Source: Entomortierella parvispora E1425
Taxonomy: Eukaryota > Fungi > Mortierellomycota
DNA length: 64,000 nucleotides
Reading direction: 5' to 3'
Assembly (NCBI GenBank): GCA_020891255.1
Contig: BQFW01000010.1
Span: 1,116,001-1,180,000, forward strand
The notes under the pieces were generated by a model. It saw nothing but the letters and a program-made list of their open reading frames with translations, searched no databases and was not told the origin of the DNA. The position numbers and the translations under genes are program-made. This document shows, piece by piece, positions 35,913 to 52,148 of the stretch (position 1 is the first letter of the stretch; each line of letters begins with the position of its first letter).

Positions 35913-38619
35913 CTTGAGAAGGGAGGGGATGAGGTTTGGTTTGGCTTAGAGGTGGGTTCTTGGGAAAGAGAGAGAGAGAAGAGGAGGTGGAGAGGAAGCT
36001 GAGGAGGCAATGTGGATTGTTGAATGAAAAAAAAAGAGAATGGTGTTGTCCATGGGTCTCTTTATATACGTATTTCCGACCTGAGAAAGACACGCGAATC
36101 CTGAGTAACGTTTAATGGTTCAATGGACTATCCATTCACAGTTTTTCGCCATGACTCGATTCAATTGATGACCCCCAATGCTTAGCCGCCAAAGGTGAGA
36201 GAAGCTCGTGGAAGGCGATAGACAGCATCCAGTAGAGAGCGAATGTGCGCGCCTATCTCTTCACCTTTCCTTTTCTCTGTGTGAGCGTTAGTCAGGGCCA
36301 GGGCAGCGCGCCCTGGGTTTGTATTCATGAGATTCTCGGATGACGAGATCGCAATCCCTGGCAATATTGTTTTTTTGTTTGTGTTCTCCATCCTCAAATC
36401 AACGGTTAGTGAGGAGAGCAAGGAGAGGGAAGAAGGCTGCTGGACCAGCACCCAACCTATCCTTCGCGCCCAAATTGGCATGATTGTGGTTGCACAAAGG
36501 GTCCTGTCCGTTCCCGAGGAAAAGACAAAAGCGGGCTGAGAGTCTGAGAGCCATGTTTTTTTTTCTCATGCAAGGGCCAAAAAAAGTTGATCCTGCAATG
36601 AAACGCGTGTTCCTGCATCGTCAACAAACGTTGACCATTGGTGGGAAAAAAAAACCAACTAAAATCATGCCCTGTTATTCCCACCACCCTCTCTACACAT
36701 TTTTCACCGTTGCAGAACATTTAGGCCGTTTTTTTTCTTTGTGTCCATCTCCTCCATGCACCTTTTCGCCACCCCCAGGGACCATGGGACCATGGGGGCC
36801 TGATGAAAAAAAAACATACTAAATTGGAATCAATATGGCATTGTGCGACCACTCTGGTCGACCACCATGATCGTCAACCCGCCTCTCCACCCCTCCTCCA
36901 ATCCGTTCTTTCGAGATTCTACAGTGGACGACGCAATACATGAAGGGAGGCAAACGAAGGATCCGTGGTTTTCATTCAGCTCACCCCTCCTCCCCGAAAG
37001 TTATTAAGCTCGCCCACAAGCTGTCTTTACTTCCCCTCCACCTAATGGCAAAGAGTGCAGTAGTATTTCTGTGTCCCTGACAGGCTGGTGGGCACCACAG
37101 TTTATCACAAGACTCTCGCTCAAATAGAGGCGATTAGTCAACATTTAGCACATGCAAAAGCGCTACTATGGGTTAGTCCAGGGCGCTGACGAGAACACAG
37201 TCTAAGCGATTTTTTTTTTCAAATGGAGTGTTTCCCTGGGAGCTTGACCCCCCATGGAGGTATTCATGTACCATTGCTGTTGTAAGTGGGCTAAGGCTAT
37301 TGCTTTTACCCGGAGAAGGCCTAAAAAAATGTAAAAACGAGATGGCGAGGAGGGCGAAGGTATCTTTGAACCTGGAGTCAGGAAGGGACTAGAACGAGCA
37401 CTAGAATGCAGGTACGCGACCATTCTTCTTTGTCTAGAATCCACCATTACCGACACCTGAATGAGGAGACCAGCGGCGTGGAAAGCTATATTACGTGCAT
37501 GAGGGTATATTCAGCATCTAGAGGAAGGCGCCCGTTGCATGTGTTTACAATCGCCTCACATTCCCAAAGGAAGAGGCCCAACTTCTTTCCTCTCATGGGA
37601 AATTCCGAACCAAAGTGCCTATTGTATTCTCTATAGATGTGCTGTTCAGCGGCTCAGGGTTGAAGGGAAAGTAAAGAAAAACATTGCCAACAGAATAACA
37701 TTGCCAACTAAACAACAAAGGCAGGAACCCAAAAAAGGAATAGTCGGCATGTGGTCGTCTTTGTTTTTCTTTTTGGAATACCCGGTTCAAGTTTTGAGCA
37801 ACAGTGAGCAGTTCATTCGACCATTACAGGCGAGAAGGAGAGGACCCTGAGCGATAGCAAATCGCCTTTCTTTTGTTTTTAGAGATCCGTGGGCCATTCG
37901 TTTCCCCGCACACTGGGTGAGGTGTCCAACCGAAAGTGAGAGCTGGAGGTCTTGTGGTCTGGTGAAGGCCCACCAATCCCTCCAAGAGCGATCTTATCGA
38001 TGGCAATCGTGAAGTTGAGTAACGGCCCCTTGATGCAGGTGCATTTGCGGGAAGTTGTGTGTGCAATCCTTTGTAGTTTGGACACGGATGACTTTGAGAG
38101 CAATCTTTTGTCCGCAAGGGTCCTGTGAGGTTTTTTTTTTTTTTTTTTTTTTTTTTTGCCCTGGGAGGCTTGATGACGCCATGGTCAACGCGCCCCTGAT
38201 ATCCCTGACCGCCCTGCATCGTCCACGCCTTCTTGTTTCTTGGTATGTTCACCATCCGTAGAGGCGCAACTTACATCTGTGGTATCACGTCGTCTTTTTC
38301 ATTCATAGAGTGTCATACAAGAGGGTAATGATTGTATTGATTTCTTCCATTTCTCTAATTTTCTAGATGTTATTGTACACGTCGTTTTTTCCTCAATTTT
38401 TCACTATCACGCCATCTGCACCGTATAGTACAGTACATCCAATGTGGCATGAGGGTTCATCTTCGGCTCGTGAATTGTACCTAGCCAATGTACAAACGCT
38501 AAGGGTGGGTGCAACTGCTCGAGCACAGGGAGAAGGTCGTTGTCTACCCTCGTGGCATTCTCTCAAAATTTTCACACGAGGGGGTTCTTTTTCTGTGCCT
38601 CTGAAGAACGGGTTCCTGT

Positions 38620-41157
<2,538 letters not shown>

Positions 41158-41764
41158 GAGGATGTGATGTGTCGTGCGTGGGTCAGTCTTTTCGGAGGAC
41201 GATTGGACGAGAACACAGGCAACAGGGTGATGCAGAGAGGGAAATGAGGAGAAGCGATGTGGAATCAGGGCAAGCGGGGGCAGCTGCACTGGTCTGCTCT
41301 CTGTTCTTTTTTTGAGGAAGAACGTCGATCAGATAAGACACGCACGTGACCATTATATGTTCCCCGTGTCGTCCCGTCCCGTCCGTGTCCCGCCGTGCGG
41401 TCACTGACCTGACACAGCGACAGGGACGGCGATCGGTGGCGCCAGGATGGGCGGGGCGAGCAAGAGAGGGCGAGCGAGCGAGCGAGCGACAACACAAAAA
41501 GAAGCCAAAAGAAGATCATCTCTCTTTTTTTCGTTTCTCTTTTTTTCTTTCAACTCCTCTCTCCTCTCTATCCCCCGCGGTCGAATTCATAATGTAACTA
41601 TCTGCGCATCATCTATACTTCACATGCTCTTTCATTGCCGCTGCTGTTGTCCTTCCTGTCTCTTGCTGCTGCTGATCAGGCCCCACCCTGCCTGCTGCCG
41701 GCCCTGAATTCTTTATTTTTTTTTGTTTCTTGTAATGTTTTCTGCGCAGGTTCATCTCCTTTAG

Positions 41765-43517
<1,753 letters not shown>

Positions 43518-46238
43518 ACGTGCCCTCCTTCTGGGCTTGTTCAGAAAGAACGAAAAAAAAGTTGCATTACCCACGATCCCAAATTTGTAGATAGACAAAA
43601 AATAAACAAGAATTTTACGCATCAAATAACACATACCATAGGGCTTGGCGTCACCATGCAGATATCAACAGTCGGCTCGGCTCTTTATACTACAGGAACA
43701 TGCACAGTCTCGACAGACAGAGGCACGCGTCTATGATGATCCCCCTTCTTTTTTTGTGCCTCAGCCATTCACCGATATAGGTCTGCCCCTGCCCTCGCCT
43801 TCATGCCTCCTTGTACTTCGTAGTTAGCCCCATTTCAAAGTCTCAGATGACCCCATCCATTGGAGTGGCGATATTATTTTAAAACTTCTCAGTTTTGCTG
43901 GTAAGCACAAGTTTCTAGTCAGGGTGAGTTGATTCTTCCTCAAGGAAAAGGAGTTCTATCGCCTGCCTACGCGATCTATAATAGCTGCCCTTGACATACC
44001 AGACTTCGATACTCGCACAGACTGATACGATCCCTGTTCTTCCGTCGACGGTACCCGGGCAAAGATGATGAGGGAGCAAGAGACGACGATGGCTCATGCA
44101 AACGCAATCGGATGCTGTGGAACCTTGTTGGCTTTCAGAAAGTCAAAGCGCAGGGCGTAGCCTGGACAACGGACTATTGTTGCTATCAAAACGGCACATA
44201 TTCTCCGCATGTCCAAAGAATGCTCAGAGCGATTGTTCCTTCTCCATCTTGAGAGTCGGCGCCAACTAGTTTATCCTGCCACCTCCTCGTAGCTTAACAA
44301 AGGGCGTCCAATCGATCTTTCCAAAAGTCTTCGTGAGTCTTTCGTAAGATGAGCCAAAGAGCGAGGTTTCTCCCCCCTTCGTCAATGAAAAAAAAATAAG
44401 CCTGTCTCTTACTATTTCACATCGTGAGCAATAATTGTGCTTGTTCCAGTCCACTCAAGCATAGGCTAGGATACCATGTACGTATTGGTCGTAGTTTGCT
44501 CCATAAATCTGTTTGTAATGCGGACCGGACCTTTGCGATGCCAGGTACCAGAAACATGAAAAATTGGTGGCGTCGTGACGTGCTTTCATTTTGGTGGCAA
44601 AAGAATACTGTCCACGAACTTTTGCTCAACATAGTGGAGTACAACTCTTTGTCGTTACTTTTCGTCCGCACAACACAACTTTTTGTCCGCACAGCTCGTT
44701 CCAGACAATAGGGAACTATGGTATTGAGTATCTAATCTCTCTCTTCTTGCGCTCGTTGGATGCCCTTCTTGGAATGGGGGGAGTGAGTATCTGCTTCTCA
44801 TGACGTTCCAACGAAAACTCTCGCCTTTTTGTCCCAAAACGACCAGGAGATCTTTTTTTTTTTTTTTTTTTTTTTTTGCGTCAAATAAAAATGATCCCTT
44901 GCATCAGGCGCGAACCAAGGTGACACAAGTCAATCGTTTTCTTTTAAATTCATTTCTTTTTCTTTTCTTTATGGGGCATCCATACTGGGCACTTGCGGTG
45001 ATTCGTCCCCCCCCGCGTGGTTGTCTTATTTTCATTCATTTTACAAGAAGAAGGGAACCGTGGCGGGAGCATAAAAAGGGTCGGTGCGGTAACCAGAACA
45101 TGTTTCAGGTACCTTTCAGGTCATGAATCCTCCTCATTTTCATCCGAAGATTTATTCAAAGAGCGAGTCAGGAAGAGAGTGATGAGAGACAAACGAGAAC
45201 AGGCAAGGGCATGTCTTGACGTAAAGTTCTAAGAAATGACAATGTCAATAAAGAGAGTTTTTTTTTGGCCGTCGGAAGCGACAGGAAAGGGATCTGTCAA
45301 AAAAAAAAAAATAAATAAAAAAAAATGATGTAAGGAAGTTAACGCGTGCGGAAGGCGAAAGACCTTTCTTAAAAGAGGCTGTTGGTATTTATTGCTTTAG
45401 ACTATGAGAGACCACGTGTGAATAAAAGAGGTCGTCGAAGAATAGAACAAAGACTTTTGAAGTGCAGTGGACATTGATCGTTCGATTTGCGCAAAACGGG
45501 GACAAATGAAGAAAAAACAAAGAGAAAAAAAAGTCAAAAAATAGTTATGCCTGGGTCAATGTGTGGGAACGGAAAAGCCCTCCCATGGTGAGGATAAAAA
45601 CAGGAATTGAGGAAGATCAATTCTAGAAGCGGACCTTGGACCCACAGGATCTGATTAGGAGAGCTTTTGCACTTTCAACACGAGACCTTACGACACGGCG
45701 AACGGGTAAATTAGGAAGAGGATCCATACAGTAAAGCGATGGTGCCCAGATCACCACTGACAACAGAAAGAATTTGAGAAAGACAAAAACGAAGAAGAAC
45801 ATTGAGTTGGGTTTAAATCCGTCCATCTTTGTGTTTTGCTAGATCTGCAGAACAAAAAAAAAAAAGAAAAAAAAGGGGGGTGGGGTGGGGTGAAGTTGGT
45901 CGAACAAGCTGTTGACAAGGTCACTCATCTGTGTGCACCTTTTTGTGGTCAAGAAGATCTTGCGTGTTGTGTCATCATATGAAGACATTGGAGAAAAAAC
46001 CAACAAAACTGCATCGTTGTTCAACACAGAGCCTGCGGCGCTCAGCGCCTTTGCTCATCTTCAAGCCACCCCTTCAGTGAAAGAGCGCGGGGGACATGAG
46101 TAAGCAAGGTCAGTGTAAGCGACCCAGAGGAAAAAGGAGAACGCAAGAAAGAGAAAGAGGTCTCACACGGAGAGAGAGAGAGAGAGCTGTTCAGTGAATG
46201 AACTTTAATTCGTCGTTTTTTTTCTCAGGCCAGGTGAG

Positions 46239-46692
46239 TTATCAGATTGAAAAACACAAGCCTCGACGCCCTCGACTCATCGTGCATACCCGGGTAAAGA
46301 AAGTCTGAGAATGAGCCAAACAGCAGAGGGAAAAACAACCAAACAGCTAAGGGCAGAGCGGAGTGCGTTCGTGCCTGAACCTAATTGCGCAAAAACTAAA
46401 AGAAGCAGAACACTTGGAACAGTCCATCTACAACATACTGTACCCAGGAAGGCCGCTCTCGCCCCTCCCCGGGGTTTTTTCATGTTGCTGAATGAACGAG
46501 TGAGTTATCAGATCGAAAGAAATGGCGGAGGGGGGATTTGAGGCCCAGCCGGGTGAAGTGAGACGACAAACAGAAATCAACCGTTCCTGAATCAATCAGT
46601 TCCTCAGTCACTCAGTCACTCAGTCACTCAGTCACCCACTCAGTCACCCACTCAGCTCGCCTTCCTTCGCGCGCGCCAAAGGGATCTGATAA
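46239..46692. promoter_or_regulatory. Three exact ATCTGATAA GATA elements (46239-46247 minus, 46505-46513 minus, 46684-46692 plus) upstream of the repeat surface-protein gene
   Basis: Read directly from the sequence. They match the ATCWGATAA consensus of iron-responsive GATA repressors (SreA/Fep1/Sfu1 class). A TATATAA follows at 46807-46813. Confidence 0.7.
46603..46655. repeat. Tandem array of CTCAGTCA octamers (five full copies, two CCCA spacers)
   Basis: ctcagtca x4, ccca, ctcagtca, ccca, ctcag, located between the second and third GATA elements. Confidence 0.85.
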
Positions 46693-46918
46693 CAGGTGCC
46701 ATTGCGGAATGGAATGCCTTTCCCCCGCCTGCTTTCCACGCCCGCCGTTTTCACAGTCGATGATCAGTCTGGCCCGGTCTGGCCAGGGTCAGAGCCAGCG
46801 CAAACATATATAATCTCGTGTCGCCGCTTTTTTTTCTTTTCTCTTTTCTTCTGGTCCCCTGGTTTCCCCTTCTCGTATTCCCTACCCCCTTCACCTCAAT
46901 CGAACAACAACCACCGCA

Positions 46919-49900
46919 ATGCATCTCGCTGCAGCTGTTGTTGTCGCCTCTTTGGCGGCGGTTGCAAATGCTCAGTCAGCATACTTCCCATTCACACCTG
47001 AAGGTTCTTGCGTTTCTGGATGCACCAACGTAAGTCTCCCTTCTATTGCTACTGCAGCCCTTAGTCGCTCCTCTCAGTTACCATATTCGCGTCTGACTTT
47101 CAGCGATCTGTCGTGCATGGAACAGCCCTCTCTAACGTCGATGCTTCCTTCTCTGCATGGAACAATAGTCTGTCGGAAAGGCCATCTTCGATGGATACGA
47201 CGATCTGGATGAATATGGACCTAACTTCATCAAGTCGCTCTCATTCACTTTCGAGCGTGGCACTCCCAACACTGTCGCTTTCATGACTAAGGCTGGTATG
47301 TGCATGGGCAAGTGCCCACAGCCTGAGTTGGATCTGTACACTGATAACTACCCTATCAAGCTGGCCTGGTACAACTCCCACAAGGGCGACACACCTCCCG
47401 CTCGCCCAGTCTCCACTACCACTACCACCACCACCACCACCACCACCACTATTGTAGCCCCTACCACCACTACCGACACCCCAACCACCACCACTGCTGC
47501 CCCCGTGCCTTCCCCTACCTTCATCTCCGAGTACTTCCCCTTCTTCCCTGATGGCCCTTGCGTTTCTACATGCTGTCTTGTAAGTATTTACCATGTCTGC
47601 CATCATCACTGCCTCCAAATATTCTTCCAGTTCTCTAATGTCGCGTTGAAATCCTTAGACTGCCGGTCTCAGTTTCTTCCCCAACTACACTGAGGATCCC
47701 ACGAGCCCTTACTTCTTGGAGTCTCTTTCTTATACCTTCGAGCGCGGTTCGCCAAAGACCCAGGCTTTCATGGCCAAGTCTGGTCGCTGCATTGCCTCTT
47801 GCCCCAAGCCCGAGCAGGAGCTTTACCAGGGACAGTACAACTCAAAGTTGGTTTGGTACCAGTCTAAGGTCCCTGTTGCCTCTCCTACCCCCACCACCAC
47901 TACGACCACCGTCGCTCCTGAGCCCACTGTCGCCCCAGTTGATCCCGCCTACCCCTTCCAGCCCAACGGTGCCTGCGTTTCTGGATGCACCAACACGGTC
48001 GGTGTTGCTATGTTCCCCAACTACTCTGAGGACCCCAAGTCTCCTTACTTCATCGAGTCTTTGTCGTACACATTCGACCGCGGTTCCCCCAAGACTGGCG
48101 AGTTCATGACCAAGGCCGGTATGTGCATGGGCAGATGTCCTCAGGCTGAGCTTGATCTCTACACTGAGCAGTACCCTGCTCAGTTGGAGTGGTACAATGC
48201 CCACAAGCCCACTGTCACCGAGGCACCCGTCACCACCACCACCGAGGCACCAGTTGTTCCCACCACCACCGAAGAGCCTGTTGTCCCCACTGAGGCTCCA
48301 GTCACTACCACCACCACCACTGCTCCCGAGCCCACTGTCGCCCCAGTTGACCCCGCCTACCCCTTCCAGCCCAACGGTGCTTGCGTTTCTGGATGCACCA
48401 ACTCTGTTGGAAAGGCCATGTTCCCCAACTACTCTGAGGATCCCAAGTCCCCTTACTTCATTGAGTCCTTGTCCTACACCTTCGATCGCGGCTCTGCCAA
48501 GACCGGCGAGTTCATGACCAAGGCCGGTATGTGCATGGGTAGATGTCCTCAGCCTGAGCTTGACCTCTACACTGAGCAGTACCCTGCTCAGTTGGAATGG
48601 TACAATGCCCACAAGCCCACTGTCACCGAGGCACCCGTCACCACCACCACCGAGGCACCCGTCACCACCACCACCGAGGCACCAGTTGTTCCCACCACCA
48701 CCGAAGAGCCTGTTGTCCCCACTGAGGCACCAGTCACTACCACTACCACCGCTGCTCCCGAGCCCACTGTCGCCCCAGTTGACCCCGCCTACCCCTTCCA
48801 GCCCAACGGTGCTTGCGTTTCTGGATGCACCAACTCTGTTGGAAAGGCCATGTTCCCCAACTACTCTGAGGATCCCAAGTCCCCCTACTTCATTGAGTCC
48901 TTGTCCTACACCTTCGATCGCGGTTCCGCCAAGACTGGCGAGTTCATGACCAAGGCCGGTATGTGCATGGGCAGATGTCCCCAGGCTGAGCTTGATCTCT
49001 ACACTGAGCAGTACCCTGCTCAGTTGGAGTGGTATAACAACAATAAGGGCGGCGTTGTCCAGCCCACCACCACTGAGGCTCCTGTTGTCCCAACTGAGGC
49101 TCCAGTTACCACCACTACCACTGATGCCCCCCAGCCTACCGTTGGACCCGTCAACCCCGCTTACCCCTTCCAGCCCAACGGTGCTTGCGTTTCTGGATGC
49201 ACCAACTCTGTTGGAAAGGCCATGTTCCCCAACTACTCTGAGGACCCCAGCTCTCCTTACTTCATTGAGTCCTTGTCCTACACCTTCGATCGTGGTTCCG
49301 CCAAGACTGGCGAGTTCATGACCAAGGCTGGTATGTGCATGGGCAGATGTCCTCAGGCTGAGCTTGACCTCTACACTGAGCAGTACCCTGCTCAGTTGGA
49401 GTGGTACAACAACAACAAGGGCGGCGTTGTCCAGCCCACGACCGGTCCCGTTACCACCACCGACGCGCCTGTTCAGCCCACCGCTACCACCACCAACACC
49501 CCCGTTGTCCCCACTGGCGGCCCTGTCAACCCTGCTTACCCCTTCCAGCCCAACGGTGCCTGTGTTGCTGGATGCACCAACACTGTCGGAAAGGCAATGT
49601 TCCCCAACTACTCTGAGGACCCCAGCTCTCCTTACTTCATTGAGTCCTTGTCCTACACCTTCGAGCGCGGTTCCGCCAAGACTGGTGAGTTCATGACCAA
49701 GGCTGGTATGTGCATGGGCAGATGCCCCCAGGCTGAGTTGGATCTCTACACCAACCAGTACCCTGCCCAGTTGGAGTGGTATCTCAAGAACAAGGGTGGC
49801 GTTGTCCAGCCCACGACTGGCCCTGTTACCCCCACCAGCACTACCACCAGCACTCCTACCGTTCCCACTGGTGGTCCCATTACTCCTCCCACTGGCGGCT

Positions 49901-51435
49901 TTGACTACCCCTTCAAGCCCAACGGCGCCTGTGTTGCTGGATGCACCAACTCTGTCGGAAAGGCCATGTACCCCAACTACTCTGAGGATCCCAAGTCCCC
50001 CTACTTCATTGAGTCTTTGTCCTACACCTTCGATCGCGGTTCCGCCAAGACTGGCGAGTTCATGACCAAGGCCGGTATGTGCATGGGCAAGTGCCCTCAG
50101 GCTGAGCTTGACCTCTACACTGAGCAGTACCCCGCTCAGTTGGAGTGGTATAACAAGAACAAGGGCGGCATTGTTCAGCCCACGACTGGCCCTGTCAACC
50201 CCACCACTACCACTGGTAAGCCCACTGTCCCTACTGGTGGTCCCGTTACTCCCCCTCCCGGCGGCTTCGTCTACCCCTTCAAGCCCAACGGCGCCTGTGT
50301 TGCTGGATGCACCAACTCTGTCGGAAAGGCCATGTTCCCCAACTACTCTGAGGATCCCAAGTCACCTTACTTCATTCAGTCCTTGTCCTACACCTTCGAT
50401 CGCGGCTCTGCCAAGACTGGCGAGTTCATGACCAAGGCCGGTATGTGCATGGGCAAGTGCCCTCAGGCTGAGCTTGACCTCTACACCGAGCAGTACCCTG
50501 CCCAGTTGGAGTGGTATAACAAGAACAAGGGCGGAGTGACCAACCCTGTTGACCCCACCAACCCTGTGGATCCCACCAACCCTGTGGACCCCACTAATCC
50601 CACTGGTCCCATCACTCCTCCTCCCGGCGGCTTTGACTATCCCTTCAAGCCCAACGGTGCCTGTGTTGCTGGATGCACCAACTCTGTCGGAAAGGCCATG
50701 TTCCCCAACTACTCTGAGGATCCCAAGTCCCCTTACTTCATTGAGTCCTTGTCCTACACCTTCGATCGCGGCTCTGCCAAGACTGGCGAGTTCATGACCA
50801 AGGCCGGTATGTGCATGGGCAAGTGCCCTCAGGCTGAGCTTGACCTCTACACCGAGCAGTACCCCGCTCAGTTGGAGTGGTATAACAAGAACAAGAACGG
50901 AGTGACCAACCCTGTTGACCCCACCAACCCTGTGGATCCCACCAACCCTGTGGACCCCACTAATCCCACTGGTCCCATCACCCCTCCTCCCGGCGGATTC
51001 GATTACCCCTTCAAGCCCAACGGCGCCTGTGTTGCTGGATGCACCAACGAGGTCGGAAAGGCCATGTTCCCCAACTACACTGAGGATCCCACGTCCCCTT
51101 ACTTCATCGAGTCCTTGTCCTACACTTTCGAGCGCGGTTCCGCCAAGACTGGCGAGTTCATGACCAAGGCCGGTATGTGCATGGGCAAGTGTCCCCAGGC
51201 CGAGCTTGATCTCTACACCGAGCAGTACCCAGCTCAGTTGGAGTGGTACCTCAAGAACAAGAACTTTGGTCAGATCAACGGCACCTTGACCGCCACCGGT
51301 ACCGCCGTTGTCTCGCCCACTGGCCCCGTTGTCTCGCCCACCAACACCCACGATAGCAGCGCTGTCAAGTTTGCTACCTCGGGTATTGCTGCGACCATCT
51401 TGGCTGCCCTTTGCGCGGTCGTTGTTGCCATTTAA
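46919..51435 (+). CDS. GPI-anchored cell-surface protein (~1432 aa) with 11 tandem ~85-aa 4-Cys domains and T/P/E-rich linkers; join(46919..47029,47169..47579,47659..51435)
   Basis: Signal peptide MHLAAAVVVASLAAVANA; unit YPFxPNGACVxGCTN...FMTKAGMCMGxCPQxELDLYTEQYPAQLEWY; GPI-type C-terminus DSSAVKFATSGIAATILAALCAVVVAI; two phase-0 GTAAGT..TAG introns. Confidence 0.88.
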
Positions 51436-52148
51436 AACATTTATCATAGTTCCAATTGCATTTTAGCCAACTTTTCATAAAAAAAAATCATTTTGTTCAT
51501 TCAACTCTTTGGTCAAATTTACTGCTTTCTAGGGTGCTTGGGAAAGAGCTGTGTAACAGAGAAGGGGGGAAGAACAGAGTGACGCGTGGAGGGAGAATGT
51601 GGCCAATTGGTCTTGAATAGGAGTGCAAGCTTTTCGGGCAAGCATCTGAAGGCGCGTTGCTGGGAGGCGATAGGATTGGGCTATTGTCGTCTATGTGTGG
51701 CCATAAACCCCTTTTGTGTGTGAGGGTGAAGGAGAAGCAGAAGAGGAAGAGAAAGAGAAGGCAAAAGATAAAGGGAGAAACGACCGTGCAGCCAGCATTC
51801 AAGCATTCGGAAGAACAAACAAACAAACCAAACAAACACGCAGCAGGGCAAACAGCTGCATCCTCATGCTCCCCTCGCGTGGGCCAATGGGCATCGAGGC
51901 AAAAAAAAATAAAAAAAAAGAGTGGTCCAACAACGCGCTTCCTTTTCTTGGTCAGTGTTCCCATCCATCTGCCGGGCTGAGATTGCATTCTGTTCCTCCT
52001 TCCCTTCCCTTCCCGTCCTTGTCCCCTCGCTCCCGCCCTCAATCATCCGTCCTTCTCTCTGCCAGAGACGCATCCTGCCTCTTGCATCTGTCCATCTGAT
52101 AGACCATCAGTCCACCTCTCCCCTAGCTCATCCCCACAGCCCCGCCCA

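Noticed and set aside
37081-37220. ATCGCTT on the minus strand next to a T-run, suggesting U2 snRNA or a Pol III RNA
   Set aside because: The match stops after 7 nt; no U2 branch-pairing sequence, Sm site or RNase P/MRP core is visible. An Infernal scan would settle it.
47900-51300. Long near-identical DNA repeats separated by variable spacers, superficially array-like
   Set aside because: Units are ~250 nt, in frame and encode protein domains inside one ORF; this is not a CRISPR array or ncRNA array.
47842-51447. Long antisense ORFs (47842..48612, 50362..51447) and shifted-frame Pro/Leu-rich ORFs
   Set aside because: Shadows of the strongly codon-biased repeat gene on the plus strand.
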